NCBI RefSeq assembly: GCF_027921745.1 | Contig: NC_079240.1 | Span: forward strand, 1,860,001 to 1,924,000 | Direction: 5' to 3' | From: Schizosaccharomyces osmophilus | Taxonomy: Eukaryota | DNA length: 64,000 nt | Shown: piece after piece, positions 1 through 12,535 of the stretch | Layout: each line of letters opens with the position of its first letter | How positions within the stretch are numbered: the stretch's first letter is position 1 | The notes under the pieces: model-generated | Databases searched by the model: none | Seen by the model: the letters and a program-made list of their open reading frames with translations, nothing else | Told to the model about the DNA's origin: nothing | Made by a program: the position numbers and the translations under genes

Positions 1-217
1 ATTATCCTTCTTTTGTGATTGAATTTTGAATGCGCTGCAATGCAATAATAGAAAGTAGCGATGGGGAACGTACCAACATTTATGTTCGTTAATCATTGCA
101 TTTTCTGCGGTGTAGTACGCTTTTATGAATATGGAGACGTAACGATAAACGTTATTCTGGATCTTTCTCTTACTTCTTGGGATCTACAAAGCTGCCAACA
201 ACACATATTCTTGGAAG

Positions 218-1387
218 ATGAATGTAACTGAAGAAACAGAGCTTTATAATCGCTGGAAAGCGTTACAAAGACAGCTGGAATTATTGGATTTACAGGAAGG
301 ATTCGTCAAAGAAGACTGCAAGTCGTTAAAGCGTGAATTAATACGTGCTCAAGAAGAAGTTAAGCGGATTCAGTCAGTGCCTCTAGTGATTGGCCAATTC
401 TTGGAAGCTATAGATCAAAACACAGCCATTGTTGGAAGCACCACCGGCTCTAATTATGTAGTTCGGATATTAAGTACTCTTGATCGAGAGTTACTAAAAC
501 CTTCTGCCAGTGTAGCTCTTCAACGTCACTCAAATGCCCTGGTCGACATTTTACCTCCTGAGGCCGACTCTTCTATCTCAATGCTCCGTCCAGAAGAGCG
601 CCCTGATGTCACATACAATGATGTTGGTGGTTTAGATATTCAAAAACAAGAAGTTCGTGAAGCAATCGAATTACCCTTAACGCAGGGTGATCTCTATCGT
701 CAAATTGGTATCGATCCTCCTCGTGGTGTTTTACTTTACGGACCCCCTGGTACTGGTAAAACCATGTTGGTAAAGGCCGTCGCCAACTCTGTAAACGCCA
801 ATTTCATTCGAGTTGTTGGTTCCGAGTTTGTTCAAAAATACTTGGGTGAAGGCCCTCGTATGGTGCGTGATGTTTTCCGTATGGCACGAGAAAATGCACC
901 TGCCGTTATTTTTATTGATGAGATTGATGCTATTGCTACGAAACGTTTCGATGCTCAAACCGGTGCCGACCGTGAAGTGCAACGTATTTTAATCGAATTG
1001 TTAACTCAAATGGATGGTTTTGACCAAGGCGCTAATGTTAAGGTCATGATGGCCACCAATCGTGCTGACACACTAGATCCTGCCCTCCTTCGTCCTGGCC
1101 GTCTAGACCGTAAAATTGAATTTCCCGCTTACCGTGATCGTCGTCAACGCCGTCTTGTCTTTCAAACAATCACTGCTAAGATGTCTCTTTCCCCTGAGGT
1201 GGATTTGGATACCTTTATTATGCGTCCAGATGCCTCTAGCGGTGCTCAAATTTCTGCTATTATGCAGGATGCCGGATTGTTGGCTGTCCGTAAAAGCCGT
1301 GGTATAATTCTTCAAAGCGATATAGAAGAGGCCTATGCACGTGCTGTTAAGCCTACTGACATGGAACAATTTGCTTTCTACAAGTAA
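218..1387 (+). CDS. rpt3: 26S proteasome regulatory AAA-ATPase subunit Rpt3
   Basis: 389 aa intronless ORF; coiled coil plus OB fold ([10 protein letters not shown]), Walker A GPPGTGKT, Walker [27 protein letters not shown], HbYX tail FYK. Confidence 0.97.
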   Translation: MNVTEETELYNRWKALQRQLELLDLQEGFVKEDCKSLKRELIRAQEEVKRIQSVPLVIGQFLEAIDQNTAIVGSTTGSNYVVRILSTLDRELLKPSASVALQRHSNALVDILPPEADSSISMLRPEERPDVTYNDVGGLDIQKQEVREAIELPLTQGDLYRQIGIDPPRGVLLYGPPGTGKTMLVKAVANSVNANFIRVVGSEFVQKYLGEGPRMVRDVFRMARENAPAVIFIDEIDAIATKRFDAQTGADREVQRILIELLTQMDGFDQGANVKVMMATNRADTLDPALLRPGRLDRKIEFPAYRDRRQRRLVFQTITAKMSLSPEVDLDTFIMRPDASSGAQISAIMQDAGLLAVRKSRGIILQSDIEEAYARAVKPTDMEQFAFYK

Positions 1388-2328
1388 TTTGATTCTTACT
1401 GTTTTTTCTCCTTTTTTATGGTAACTTCCGTATGTTTTTCCTCGTCCGCTTTGACTTATTCCTTATACCCATAGAAGTTTGTTTGAATGAAAACAACCTA
1501 CCTTCCCGACACATGATGGATTATGTTGATCTTTTTCTCACAGCAGTACTTGATTTGAGATGACACAAAAATAAATTTTCACGCTATTCTTTTTTTTCTC
1601 TCCGAAGTGTTTCGTATTTTTTCATTGACCAAACAGCCCGGAGCTTATTTTTATAAAATGACTTATGTATCTGTAAATTATATGGTATGTCTTAATCTTA
1701 AATAGTGAATCATAAGTAGTAGACTCTTCTACTGCGGTTTCAAACATGATAGAACCTAGCACTTGAACAATTGCTTGAATTGAAACGGCACTTCTTGCTA
1801 CTTGTTGATTTACACAGCAAGTTATCGTTCTTCCAGCCTTTCCATATTGCACGCTCATTGTATCTTTTAGTATATTCACTATGACTACATTTCATGCTTG
1901 CGTGCGGTGTATGAGTGAGCAAAATGTAATTCAGATTTAAGCAGCACCTTACAGAGTTAATAATGAATGCGAGGTACTTTGCGTGCTCGACTTAGAAAAG
2001 CAACCATTCATTTTTCTGCATTCGTATAGCCATTTCGACATACTAGAATAAGTGCACAACTGTTGAGACTTCACTTCACTTTTAATAAACTTACCAATAG
2101 GGGAATATAACTTTGGTTTAACCATCCACAACTCAAAAGCAAAGACAATCTACAACCTCGGCATTGTTCACGAAAGAAAAAGAACAGACCTACTATACAG
2201 TGCTACAATACAGACTTATTTTACTCCAAGTACATTCGCCTATTAAATTTTAATAAATGGGATTTTATTGAAGCTATAGCCGACAACTGTCAGCTACCAA
2301 CAACCCTGCTCAAAATGGAACAACATTT

Positions 2329-2685
2329 TTACTGGGCAATGGTAACCTCAACCTCAACACCGGGCTCGATGTGGATGGAGGTAATTTGCTTAACAATCTC
2401 AGAAGGAGAGTGAAGGTCGATGAGACGCTTGTGGATACGCATCTCATAGGTTTCCCAGGTCTTGGAACCCTCACCGTTAGGGGTCTTACGGGTGGTGATC
2501 TTCAAGATCTTGGTGGGAAGACGAACGGGACCCTTAACACGCAATTGCTTGTCCTTGGCACGGTTGACCAAGTCAGAGCAAACCTTCTCCAAGTTACGGA
2601 CGTGACGAGAAGTAAGGGTAATGCGAATGCGGTGAACGGCAGAGGTGAGCTGTTGTTCCTTTTGATCTTTGGCGACTTGACTCAT
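2329..2685 (-). CDS. rps20: 40S ribosomal protein S20 (uS10)
   Basis: ATG at 2685 (MSQVAK...); [38 protein letters not shown]. Confidence 0.97.
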   Translation of the reverse strand: MSQVAKDQKEQQLTSAVHRIRITLTSRHVRNLEKVCSDLVNRAKDKQLRVKGPVRLPTKILKITTRKTPNGEGSKTWETYEMRIHKRLIDLHSPSEIVKQITSIHIEPGVEVEVTIAQ

Positions 2686-2758
2686 TTTGTAGACAGCGGT
2701 GACCACGAGAGGGTTTGTGAAGAAATAAGTTCCATGGTGACAATTGTGTTTAGTAAAT

Positions 2759-2785
2759 TGTGACTGTCACTATATACCCTACCCT
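2759..2785. promoter_or_regulatory. Homol D (TGTGACTG 2759-2766) and Homol E (ACCCTACCCT 2776-2785) boxes of rps20
   Basis: Exact matches to fission-yeast ribosomal-protein promoter elements, 74-100 bp upstream of the rps20 ATG. Confidence 0.9.
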
Positions 2786-3109
2786 AAACAAGTCGTGACT
2801 CACACCCCGTAAAACAAAAGAAAGACAAGGAGCGTGTGCTTTGGATAAACAATTTATTGCAAAGAAAAAAGCAATTAGAAGGCAAACTCTCACTTCAACA
2901 TTGGAATAGCCGCTCAATTTAGCTCCTGGTGAACTTTTACGATAAGTAACATTGTTACCTGGTAATTTTTTAGAACTGGCTTTAGTAGAAACATGTAAAA
3001 AAAGCTGCTGAACAATATCCTTTTTTCTTTAGTTCTTTAAGAATGTTTTTGGAGAAATTTTGAATCTTGTATGTTATTTGCAAAACACCGGATTTGCTGT
3101 CAAATACGT

Positions 3110-3141
3110 ACCCTACCCTAAATGGTTAACGAACAGTCACA
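3110..3141 (+). promoter_or_regulatory. Homol E (ACCCTACCCT 3110-3119) and Homol D (CAGTCACA 3134-3141) boxes of rps2
   Basis: Exact motif matches 84-115 bp upstream of the rps2 ATG. Confidence 0.9.
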
Positions 3142-3224
3142 ATATGTATACATGAATATTGACAACAAATGTTTTCACCCTCCTTCGTTCCCTCAACAAA
3201 AAAAGGAAACTTGGAAATTAAAAA

Positions 3225-3986
3225 ATGGCAGAAACCCAAGCCAGAGGATTTGGAAGAGGTGGTCGTGGTGGCCGCGGCCGTGGCCGTGGCCGTCGTGGCG
3301 CCAAGCGTGATGAAGAAAAGGAATGGATGCCCGTCACCAAGTTGGGCCGTTTGGTGAAGGCCGGTAAGATCAAATCTATTGAAGAGATCTACTTGTACTC
3401 CCTCCCCATCAAGGAGTACCAAATTGTTGACTTCTTCTTGCCTAAGTTGCAAGACGAGGTTATGAAGGTTTGCCCCGTCCAGAAGCAAACTCGTGCCGGT
3501 CAACGTACTCGTTTCAAGGCTTTCGTTGTTATTGGTGACAGCGATGGTCACGTTGGTTTGGGTATCAAGTGTGCTAAGGAAGTTGCTACCGCCATCCGTG
3601 GTGCCATCATCATGGGTAAGCTCTCCATCATGCCCGTTCGTCGTGGCTATTGGGGTACTGCTTTGGGTGACCCTCACACTGTCCCTATCAAGGTCTCCGG
3701 TAAGTGCGGTTCCGTTACTGTCCGTCTTGTCCCTGCTCCTCGTGGTGCTGGTCTCGTTGCCGCCCCTGTTACCAAGCGTTTCCTCCAACTCGCTGGTATC
3801 CACGACTGCTACACCCAATCTCGTGGTTCCACCAAGACTTTGGGTAACTTCGTCAAGGCTGCTTTCGCTGCTGCTTCCGTTACCTACGGTATCCTTACTC
3901 CTAACTTGTGGGCTGAGCGTCCTTTCGGTCAAACCCCCATTGAGGAGTATGCCGATATCTTGATGCAAACTGAGAAGAAGTACTAA
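3225..3986 (+). CDS. rps2: 40S ribosomal protein S2 (uS5)
   Basis: RGG-rich N-terminus, [27 protein letters not shown]; strong codon bias. Confidence 0.97.
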   Translation: MAETQARGFGRGGRGGRGRGRGRRGAKRDEEKEWMPVTKLGRLVKAGKIKSIEEIYLYSLPIKEYQIVDFFLPKLQDEVMKVCPVQKQTRAGQRTRFKAFVVIGDSDGHVGLGIKCAKEVATAIRGAIIMGKLSIMPVRRGYWGTALGDPHTVPIKVSGKCGSVTVRLVPAPRGAGLVAAPVTKRFLQLAGIHDCYTQSRGSTKTLGNFVKAAFAAASVTYGILTPNLWAERPFGQTPIEEYADILMQTEKKY

Positions 3987-4746
3987 ACTTCTTCGGTTTC
4001 ATTAATGTAAATTGGAGTAATAAAATGAATGGAAACATTCTACCCTAAGATCATTGATGTAATATATGAAGTAAATTGTAAAAGTTATTTTTAGTAGAAA
4101 AGTGGTCTTGAAGTCTTGTGCATAGTATGTGTATGATAGGATCGTGTGTGGATGTATCATGAACGTTTGCTGCTTTAGTTGTAGTACAGGAACTACGCGC
4201 TACTTCGCGAATTTGTAGAAAATTTCACATTTTCCTTCTATTACTTAGCTTAATTGTACTATACAGTCGTTTTATTATATTCATATTAGACCAAGGACTG
4301 ACTACACAACAAAACACAGCTTGAAAATGTCGATGCTCGTCAAATCTGATCCAATTCCACTGGGACGTATCTAAATATATGCGAAACAAATAAGGCAATA
4401 AGGAAAGACGGGGAGAGTGCATGAGATGTAAACTAGTAAGAGAAGGAACCGGTAAAGCTGTGAAGAAACGCATACTCCTTAGTAAGGTTAACACAAGGAT
4501 CAAAAACCAGGAAGCAGTAAATGTAATTATAAGGCATTATAAAACACTCCACGATAAATGGAGCGACGTGATATGCTAGAATCCTTTCCGGGTGGATAAG
4601 GAAAGAAAAAAATGAAGCGCAAATCGTACACATATCATCCCATATACAACCATCATTTTGGATTATTCGCATTATAAAAGAAAAAAAAAATGAAATGATA
4701 AGACTGCTAATCACGCATCGTCGAGGAAATGAAACATAACAATGCT

Positions 4747-5319
4747 TTAAAATGAACCCTTCAAAATGGTCTCGGCAAACTTGTCGCGAGCTTTCTGCAA
4801 TCCACTCATAAATCCCATCTCTTTAAAGTCAGAAACAATGGCTTGTGCCTCAGAAACAGGGCCCTTGGTGACACGGGAAGCAATAATAGAAGGCTCGGAT
4901 TCTAAAATAATACCATCATCAATTGTTTCGTCGACAACGATCACGAGTTGGTCATAATTGTCAAGGATCGTTCTCTTATCAGGGATATATTTGTAAATAA
5001 GTTCTAAAGCATCACGAATAGACCGTAAACATTCGTATAGCATAATCTCGTTTTCTTCCATTCCACCTACAATGTAAAATGCCACGTCCATCACAGTCAG
5101 CATTACGACAAGCTTGCCATCATAACTTAAAATATCATTCTGTGTTTTCCATGTTTTTTCAAATAATCCCTTCTCGAACGTCTTTTCTTCTTTGACTGAC
5201 TGAAATATAGAGCCTTCTCCTTCCTTGCTGTGAGGAGGACTGTAGTATTTGGCGAAGATTCGTTTGCCCGTACTGTCCAAAATCAGAAACGCATTAACAG
5301 CGTATAGAGATAAATTCAT
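4747..5319 (-). CDS. ret3: COPI coatomer zeta subunit
   Basis: ATG 5319 ([26 protein letters not shown]); longin fold with ENEIML and [12 protein letters not shown]. Confidence 0.92.
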   Translation of the reverse strand: MNLSLYAVNAFLILDSTGKRIFAKYYSPPHSKEGEGSIFQSVKEEKTFEKGLFEKTWKTQNDILSYDGKLVVMLTVMDVAFYIVGGMEENEIMLYECLRSIRDALELIYKYIPDKRTILDNYDQLVIVVDETIDDGIILESEPSIIASRVTKGPVSEAQAIVSDFKEMGFMSGLQKARDKFAETILKGSF

Positions 5320-5486
5320 ACTTTCTGTTAGTTGCTGGTTCTTGGGAAGTTTACGATCTTCCAAGGATTGTGTTTGTTACCTTAGCATCCGTTACTTTCC
5401 GAAGGAAAGGCCGCGGTCCTCCCCCGGATAACAAAGTAAACAAGCCAAAAGCAGAGGACTTATACATCCATATTCTCCATCGATCC

Positions 5487-6954
5487 ATGTCGCGCATTTT
5501 AGCATGTTGGAAACAATTGACAGCGCGTTCTTTGGTTTCTAATTCTTCACCGTAAGTAAGAAAAATTGACGGCCTTTTTATTCGGTATGCTGACAAGTTG
5601 TCTGCAGATTTCAGTCTGGCTGGAAAGTACAAGGCGCGTACAGTGGAGTAGATCCTACTGCTGGTTCACTTCATGTAGGAAATTTAGTAGCTTTAATGCC
5701 TTTGATACATTTGTATCTGCATGGTATTCCCGTCTACAGCCTAATTGGCGATGCAACCGTTCAGCTAGGAGATCCCTCTGGAAGAACCACAGATCGACAC
5801 CAACTGGATCAGGATGTTAGAAATCGAAACAAAGAAAACATTGAAAAGCAGATTTTTTGCTTATCGAAGAAAGTCTCAACTTACGCTGAGGACTGTGGAT
5901 ATAAACCTGAAGGTGCACATGCTTCTTCTCGTACTTGGAGCATTGTACACAATTTGGATTGGTACAAAAATATGAATCTACTGACTTTTCTTAATGAAGT
6001 AGGCCGGCATGTACGCGTTGGTCAAATGCTCGCTCGGGACAGTGTAACCTCTCGTTTACAAAGTTCCACTGGTATATCATTCTCAGAGCTTACTTATCAA
6101 CTGTTGCAAGCATACGACTTTCTTCATCTTTATAAAGATCATGGAGTAAATCTACAAATAGGCGGCAGTGATCAATGGGGAAACATCACAGCTGGTACAG
6201 ACCTCATCCGTCGATTCTATCCAAAAACAATGTTAAAATCCCCGGTATATGCTCTTACCACTCCATTATTGACGACTGCAAGTGGTCAAAAGTTTGGCAA
6301 ATCCGCAGGAAATGCTATATGGTTGGATCCATCCTTGACCGACTCCTATAGTCTTTATCAGGTAAGAGTCATTCTGTAGAATTAAATCTTTTTTTTTTTG
6401 CATTTTCATGCTTACATTTTTAGTCTTTTATTTCCCTACCTGATGATATCGCCTCCAATTATTTGGATATGTTGACTCTACTTTCCAGCGAAGATTTAGA
6501 ACGCATAAAATCAAAGCACTTTCAGAATCCTTCCTCTCGTTTAATTCAGCATTCCCTTGCATTTAACATTGTTCATATGGTACACGGAAAAAACAATGCT
6601 AAACTTGCACAACTGCAAACAGAACTTTTGCACGGTTCTCAGCTCGCACCCTTTGGCTTTTTTGTTGCTGAAAAAAATACTGCATTGCCATCAATTGATG
6701 AATTAAAGAATATATTTAAAACATCTAATTGTTATTACAAGGTTGATTCATCCATGGGTCCTATACCTTTCTCTAGACTACTTCGTGAGCTGGGTATTTA
6801 TACTTCAAGAAAAGAAGCCTCTGAACATATTCGATCAGGTGCAATTTCCATTGCACATGAAACAGTACTTGATCCTAACGTCAGCCTCACACATAACAAC
6901 CTCGCAGTTCTTCGAATCGGAGGACGCCGTGCCTTAATCTTGGACTTTACATAA
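5487..6954 (+). CDS. msy1: Mitochondrial tyrosine-tRNA ligase; exons 5487-5551, 5608-6361, 6424-6954
   Basis: GTAAGT..CTGAC..CAG and GTAAGA..TAG introns restore one frame; GVDPTAGSLHVGN (HIGH), YQLLQAYDF, QIGGSDQWGNI, KFGKS; basic amphipathic N-terminus; S4-like C-terminus. Confidence 0.92.
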
Positions 6955-7117
6955 TCAGCAAATCCCTTTTACTCTTACTCGAACAATTTTAACACCTTTT
7001 TGGTCATGTCTCTCCATTTATAAATTACGAAATGAATGGGGAACTCAAAATTTCATTCTAATATACATCATTAAAAAGATTATCATCGTTAGTACATGAT
7101 TTAGTCATCTTTAAATG

Positions 7118-10100
7118 TCATTTTGTTGTTTGCACCTTGTTTAAAACTTCTTGCGCCTTTTTTATTTTCTCACGCAGTAACGTTAATTCATCCGTCTCGT
7201 CTTTTGCATTGGATAGTACATAAGACATATCATCGTGATTGCCCGTAATCTCCTCCTCAAACGAAGGTATTGTTCTTCTAAGCGGCCGCTTTTTGCGCAT
7301 ACTGTTTACTCTAATCTCAGCTTCTCTCTTTCTATTATTTTGAGAAACTTGCTCGACTTGAAATGAAGGTGAATGTTCAGAAGTAACGTTGGATGACAGC
7401 AACTTGAGGCTTTCACCCAAAGTGGCGTCTTCAACAGCCCTTATGGTTAACACGTGAATGCTGCTGACTGCCGACCATGAAGAGGTAATGATGTCCATGA
7501 ATCTTAATCGTTCGACATAGTCTTTTAGGGTATAATTACTTTTTGTCCACATGACTAGCAAAAGAGGAAACTTCGTCGTTGTGCGATCAGAAACAACTCG
7601 TAAAAAAGAGAAAAGATTATCTCTTAAAGGATCTGTCAATTTATACTTTTCCGGATTCCGACCGTTACCACTACATATCAATGAAGAGTTGCAAACACTA
7701 TCCTCAACCAAACCCATGTCATAAACGCAGGCTCCGTAACACATCCGCTGCGTAGTCAAATCCAGTATAGTATCCGGCATTAGTAAGGTATACTCCCTGT
7801 TCAAAATTCTGCGAGTTAAGCTCCAAACAGAAGGATTAGATGAACACTTGAGACCTAGTTTCGACCTGAACCAGCGATAAATAGATGGCTTATTCGATGC
7901 GCTAAAAATCAATAGATGCCACGGCGAGCTTAAATCGTGTTTGCTTAACAAGTTAAAGAAAGAATCTATGTCTTCTTCCTTCCAAAATTTCTGTATCCGA
8001 TCATGTTCCTGTCTAATCTGTTCAGATGCTAATTCATTTTTTATATTATAGTCTCCACTGAAAACACGCGTACCATGTGCGCTACGACTATTCAGACATG
8101 AGCTTCCAAGTAAAGTACCCAAAACAGCTTTATAGTGCTCTTGCTGCTGTTGTTCTTTTAGTCGTTGAATTTCGCGTTTTCGTTTTTCAAGCCAGCAATG
8201 TTGAGCTTTCAGTTTTATACGACTAAATGCCCTTGCTTTTATGGTGCTGTTGTGGGTTTCAACAGTGAGAGCCTCTAAACTGGAGAGGCGTATTAAATCC
8301 TTTACCATTGACATATAAATTGTTTGGGAGGTTTCGCTTATAAATTCATCGTAAACTTCTTTGCATATCCGGCCACATAACGGAGTCAACGTACGCTCCA
8401 CTATGGATCGAAATATCAAATTTACATCATTTGAAGAAAACACCGGTTTTCTTTCAAGAGGAGTAGGCTTTTTTATGCTTGGAGGCGGTAAGGGCTTCAG
8501 CGCTTTTTCTGCACCGGAAGGTAATGACTCATCACTGGACCTAAAAAGTTCAGCATTCAAAGGTGTTTTGGGGACAGAAAAAGAAAAGCTGGGGGTGAAA
8601 GTGGGTGCATGTATGTTAAGTTTCCCTCTAGACAAAACTGAGTTACTGCCTTTTTCCCCGGCAACAGACGGATTTTCAACATTAAACGTTGGCTTACTAA
8701 CAGGAAATTTCGGCCTTATTTCCTTCGAAACGGGAGATTTCGTCTCCCCTATCGGGGCAGTATCTCCATTTATTATAGCAGCAAAAGAGCGATTGTTTAA
8801 TTTAGATTCAACCAATGCGTGGGAAAAGCGTTGCATTGAATCAGGCTTTGAGTCATCGAAATAACCAACCTTGTTTAAGTTTACAACTGGTTCTCCGTTT
8901 TCTTCAAAAACCTCCAAAGCATAATATTCGCAAAAGTCGAAAACATTACCTATAGTGTCAAACCGGAGTATTCGCTGCAAATCAACACAAGGGAATTTCG
9001 CATGAACTGACATATAGGCTTTGCGCATGGCCTTGATGGCACCTTTTCGAATAGATGTAAAGTGGGATTCTAACAAGCATGCCATCAAGTACGTCACAGA
9101 GGGAGATTTGACAAGTTTAAAAAATCTAGTATACAAATTCGGAGTAGCTTCCGTATTTAAGGGAAGTAAGTGACCAACCCGCTCATTGTTTTTTTGAGCA
9201 AGGGCTGACAGTCGTAAGGACAACTGTACACGGGGATCATTGAAGATATCGATAGGCAAATTTTGAGACTGTCGAACAACATCTTGATCACGAAGATGCG
9301 TAATGATGGAATAAGATCGAAACTCAGCTTCATTAGGACTGGATTTACCTTCTTTTCGAAGGTCGTCATAAAATTCACATAAGGATTGCAAAACTAACGG
9401 TTAGTTAATAAAGATAAGAGACAAGAAAAAGAGCTACAAAAATCGGTGCTTACCCTTTCGAAGCTGCTCCACTTCTTGTTGTGAACTAAAATTTTTCTTT
9501 TCGCACAATTGATGTAAACAAAGAATATGATACCTGGCAATCCGTTCATGGCAAGCCACGGCTTCTAACCCTCGGTTGTTTTGTAAGGTAAAGTCTTGGC
9601 GAATAGAGCGTGTTCGGTCACGCACGAAAAAGTGGGTCGAGTCCAAAGGATAAAGTCCGCAGACGATTTTGTCAATTAAGTAATCAAGTGATTTCTAAGG
9701 CACGTGTGAATAAATTGCACAAAAGTAACAAAAAGAGGAATCCTTCAAAAAGCCGTCATGTATTAAAGACGACGATTGAAGGATAACTGCGAGAAAATTC
9801 AAACCTTTAAAACGGGAGGAGGACGGACATCAGAAGGAAGCGCCTGTTCGTTTCCTGCAGCAGGACGATGAAAAGCTTTGACTGCCAGGTTTTTGTCGAC
9901 ACGGCCAGTTTCGGGATTTATTTCCCATCGTTCTAAATTGTTTTGATATTCACGCTGTTCACGCTCATATTCAGGACACATGTCTTGGCAGGTACCTATA
10001 AAGGTCACCGCTTCATCCAGTTGCCTTGGTTTGGAAGGGTCGTCAATTAATCCCTTCTGGATAGCATCTTCACGCTCCTTATCACGCAAACGTCGCAATT

Positions 10101-10311
10101 CTTCAAACCGATTCCCTTGTAGGGAGGACGTAAACCTCTTTTGGCGTGTCTCCTGTGCATCCACATCCTCTGCTGTCGCACTTTCATCATCCTCTACAGG
10201 CGACACATCCTTGTTCGACTCTTTCTGAGAATGAGAAAAACTCCTCCTTGTTTCCTCACGCGTAAACGATCCCTTCAATTGATTGAATCCACTTTCATCT
10301 GGTTTTTCCAT
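7118..10311 (-). CDS. sac3: TREX-2 mRNA export scaffold Sac3/GANP; exons 10311-9805, 9694-9454, 9393-7118 (~1007 aa)
   Basis: SAC3/GANP motifs GTCQDMCPEYERE, AVKAFHRPAAG, DVRPPPVL, FVRDRTRSIRQDF, HERIARYHI, NEAEFRSY; joined exons total 3024 nt in frame. Confidence 0.9.
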
Positions 10312-10839
10312 GAACAATGGATTGTTTACCAGGTGTTGGTAGTTGGTAGGTTTTTACGAAATATGCTGTATCAAAGTGTGAAACTATATATTGAGTACGT
10401 TAAAGCAGACTTAGCGTAGGGTGAAATACAAAATACAAATGTGGAAGGAAGTGCATTAAACGGTAAACAAAAGATGAAATGTACGAAAATATAGAATTTC
10501 GAAAAGAAACACGGATGCTTGCAACGAGAATAAAATGTGGTATTGAAACGAAGTTCGCCTCGAAATATTGTTTTTGATAATTTATTTTTTCAACGTCAAC
10601 CAAATATAAAGAGATACGAAAACAGAGACAGTGCACCATCAATAAATAAGATAAAAAGTAAAGTTGATGTCGATATAAGCGGTTTTTTTTTGCACGTAAT
10701 TGATCAATGAAGCATTCTGCAATACAAAAGAAGAATCAAGGCTTCATAGAGATTGCCCATGAAAACGAAACAAGTAGAATCGAAAGAGAAGGAGAAAAGA
10801 CCGGGCAAACGACCGTAAAACAGACTATAAATATTTTTT

Positions 10840-11649
10840 TTAGCGATCATCATCTTGAAGCATTCCGACGATCTGCAGAACACGAACAAACAAGTTGATA
10901 AAGTCAAGGTACAACATCAAACTGGACATGATGAATTCTTCGGGAGAATAGCGATGAAGGATATTATGAGTGTCGTACAAGATGTAACCGCAAAAGACAA
11001 GTGTGCCAAAGCCAGCAAAAGCCAGTTCAGCCAAGGGCATGGATGGCATAAACATAAAAACCAAGGGGGATAAAACAAGCGTCCATAACGAAATGTAGAG
11101 AAAGCCTCCAAGACGACTGAAGTCATACTTGGATTGGAAAGTAAAAGCGGTAAGAGCCACAAAGATTCCGAGGGTAATAAACACGGCTTCCAAGATAATG
11201 CGAGCTGAGAAGAAGGAAATGGCAGTGCCTAGGGTAAGACCTTCCAAAGCCGTGAATGTAAAAAGGAGAATGTAGTTTCTAGGGTACGAATACGGCTTCA
11301 AAATAAGGCCGAAGAGGACGCCCAGAGACACAAAGAAATTGACAAGTAAAAACCATGGGTGGTTTTTCACCCAAAGGGACAATGTCGGTTCCAAATAAAA
11401 AATGCCGCCAAATAACGAGGTGACAAAAAGCTGAGCACTCAGAATTGCATAAACTTTTCTCAAAAAGGCCATTCGAATGGTTCGGCCACATTCGGCCACC
11501 GGCCTTGTATCCTTGAATACCTCCTCCACAGCAGGAGTTGCAGCAGGATTTGTTTCTCCGACTTCTGTGTAGGAAGGAGGAGCTTGGGCAGGTCCCACAT
11601 TACTTTCTATGGGTTCCTCTTGAGGAACGCTCTGATAACTCTTGCTCAT
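10840..11649 (-). CDS. bxi1: Bax inhibitor-1/TMBIM (lifeguard) family membrane protein
   Basis: IRMAFLRKVYAILSAQL, YPRNYILL, YILYDT, LYLDFINLF; about 7 hydrophobic segments; N-terminal PPSY. Confidence 0.9.
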   Translation of the reverse strand: MSKSYQSVPQEEPIESNVGPAQAPPSYTEVGETNPAATPAVEEVFKDTRPVAECGRTIRMAFLRKVYAILSAQLFVTSLFGGIFYLEPTLSLWVKNHPWFLLVNFFVSLGVLFGLILKPYSYPRNYILLFTFTALEGLTLGTAISFFSARIILEAVFITLGIFVALTAFTFQSKYDFSRLGGFLYISLWTLVLSPLVFMFMPSMPLAELAFAGFGTLVFCGYILYDTHNILHRYSPEEFIMSSLMLYLDFINLFVRVLQIVGMLQDDDR

Positions 11650-12535
11650 GATAAACCGTCGATTTCTAGCAACTCTTTGGATATACGAGTCAATTGAAGG
11701 ATAATTTTATAAATACAATCAAGTGAAAGGCAAATTTTATCCTGAAAACAAGTTACTATACGGAAGGAAGTGGATGGAAGAAATATGCAGGAAACCAACG
11801 CGCACAAGGGAGTGTCTCTCAATTGTGACGTCAAAAAAAAACGAAAACAAGGCGAGAGAAAAGAAGAACAAACAAATAGAAATGTAAAGAAACGAAAAAG
11901 AGATTTGGAAGAGGGAAGCTATCGGGGTCCTTTCTTGCTTATGGAAAATGCAAGCGACGGAGATACAGGAATGGAAGATGAAGTGGTCTATTTGAATGGG
12001 AGATGGAGAGAAGGAGACTTACAAAGAGGAAAAGCAAAACAAAGCATGTATTTCATTCTTTTCTAGATTGCTCCGTCAACAAGAGGCGACCCTTGAATTC
12101 GGGTTTGCAAGCTTGTAAGCTTCTAATATTGTCTGCTTGTTTTTGAAGGTGATTCTTAGATTAGGGAATAGATATCTGCAAGGTGGAGCTAGAAAGTGGC
12201 AGTTTGCCAATGGAAGGATAGGTCTTGGAGGGAAAGAGTAGATGCTGTGGATGGAGCGAGGTAGAGAGGGAAATGGTGCTTTTGTTGGAAACATGGAAGC
12301 GTTATATGCCAGGATATCAGGATCTCTGAGAGATCAAGCGAATTCGCGTCGTCAAACAGTCATCCAAGTTGATTTGGAAAATTGCGAAACGTTTCCAAGG
12401 ATTCAAGAATTGGAACGAGCTGCTAGCGCTACTTTGTGAGACTTCCATTTTCCTTGTACAAGTTTTAAAGAACGGCAACAACAACGAGATTCCTATTGTT
12501 TTATGGAGAGTCCTTTTCATGAGAAGCTAGAAATC

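Noticed and set aside
3126..3968. Long antisense ORFs over rps2 (also over rps20, tpx1 13618-14277, rpl27 30879-31268, rps0 39120-40004 and amt1)
   Set aside because: Expected shadow of strong codon bias (avoidance of TTA/CTA/TCA removes antisense stops); no recognisable protein features
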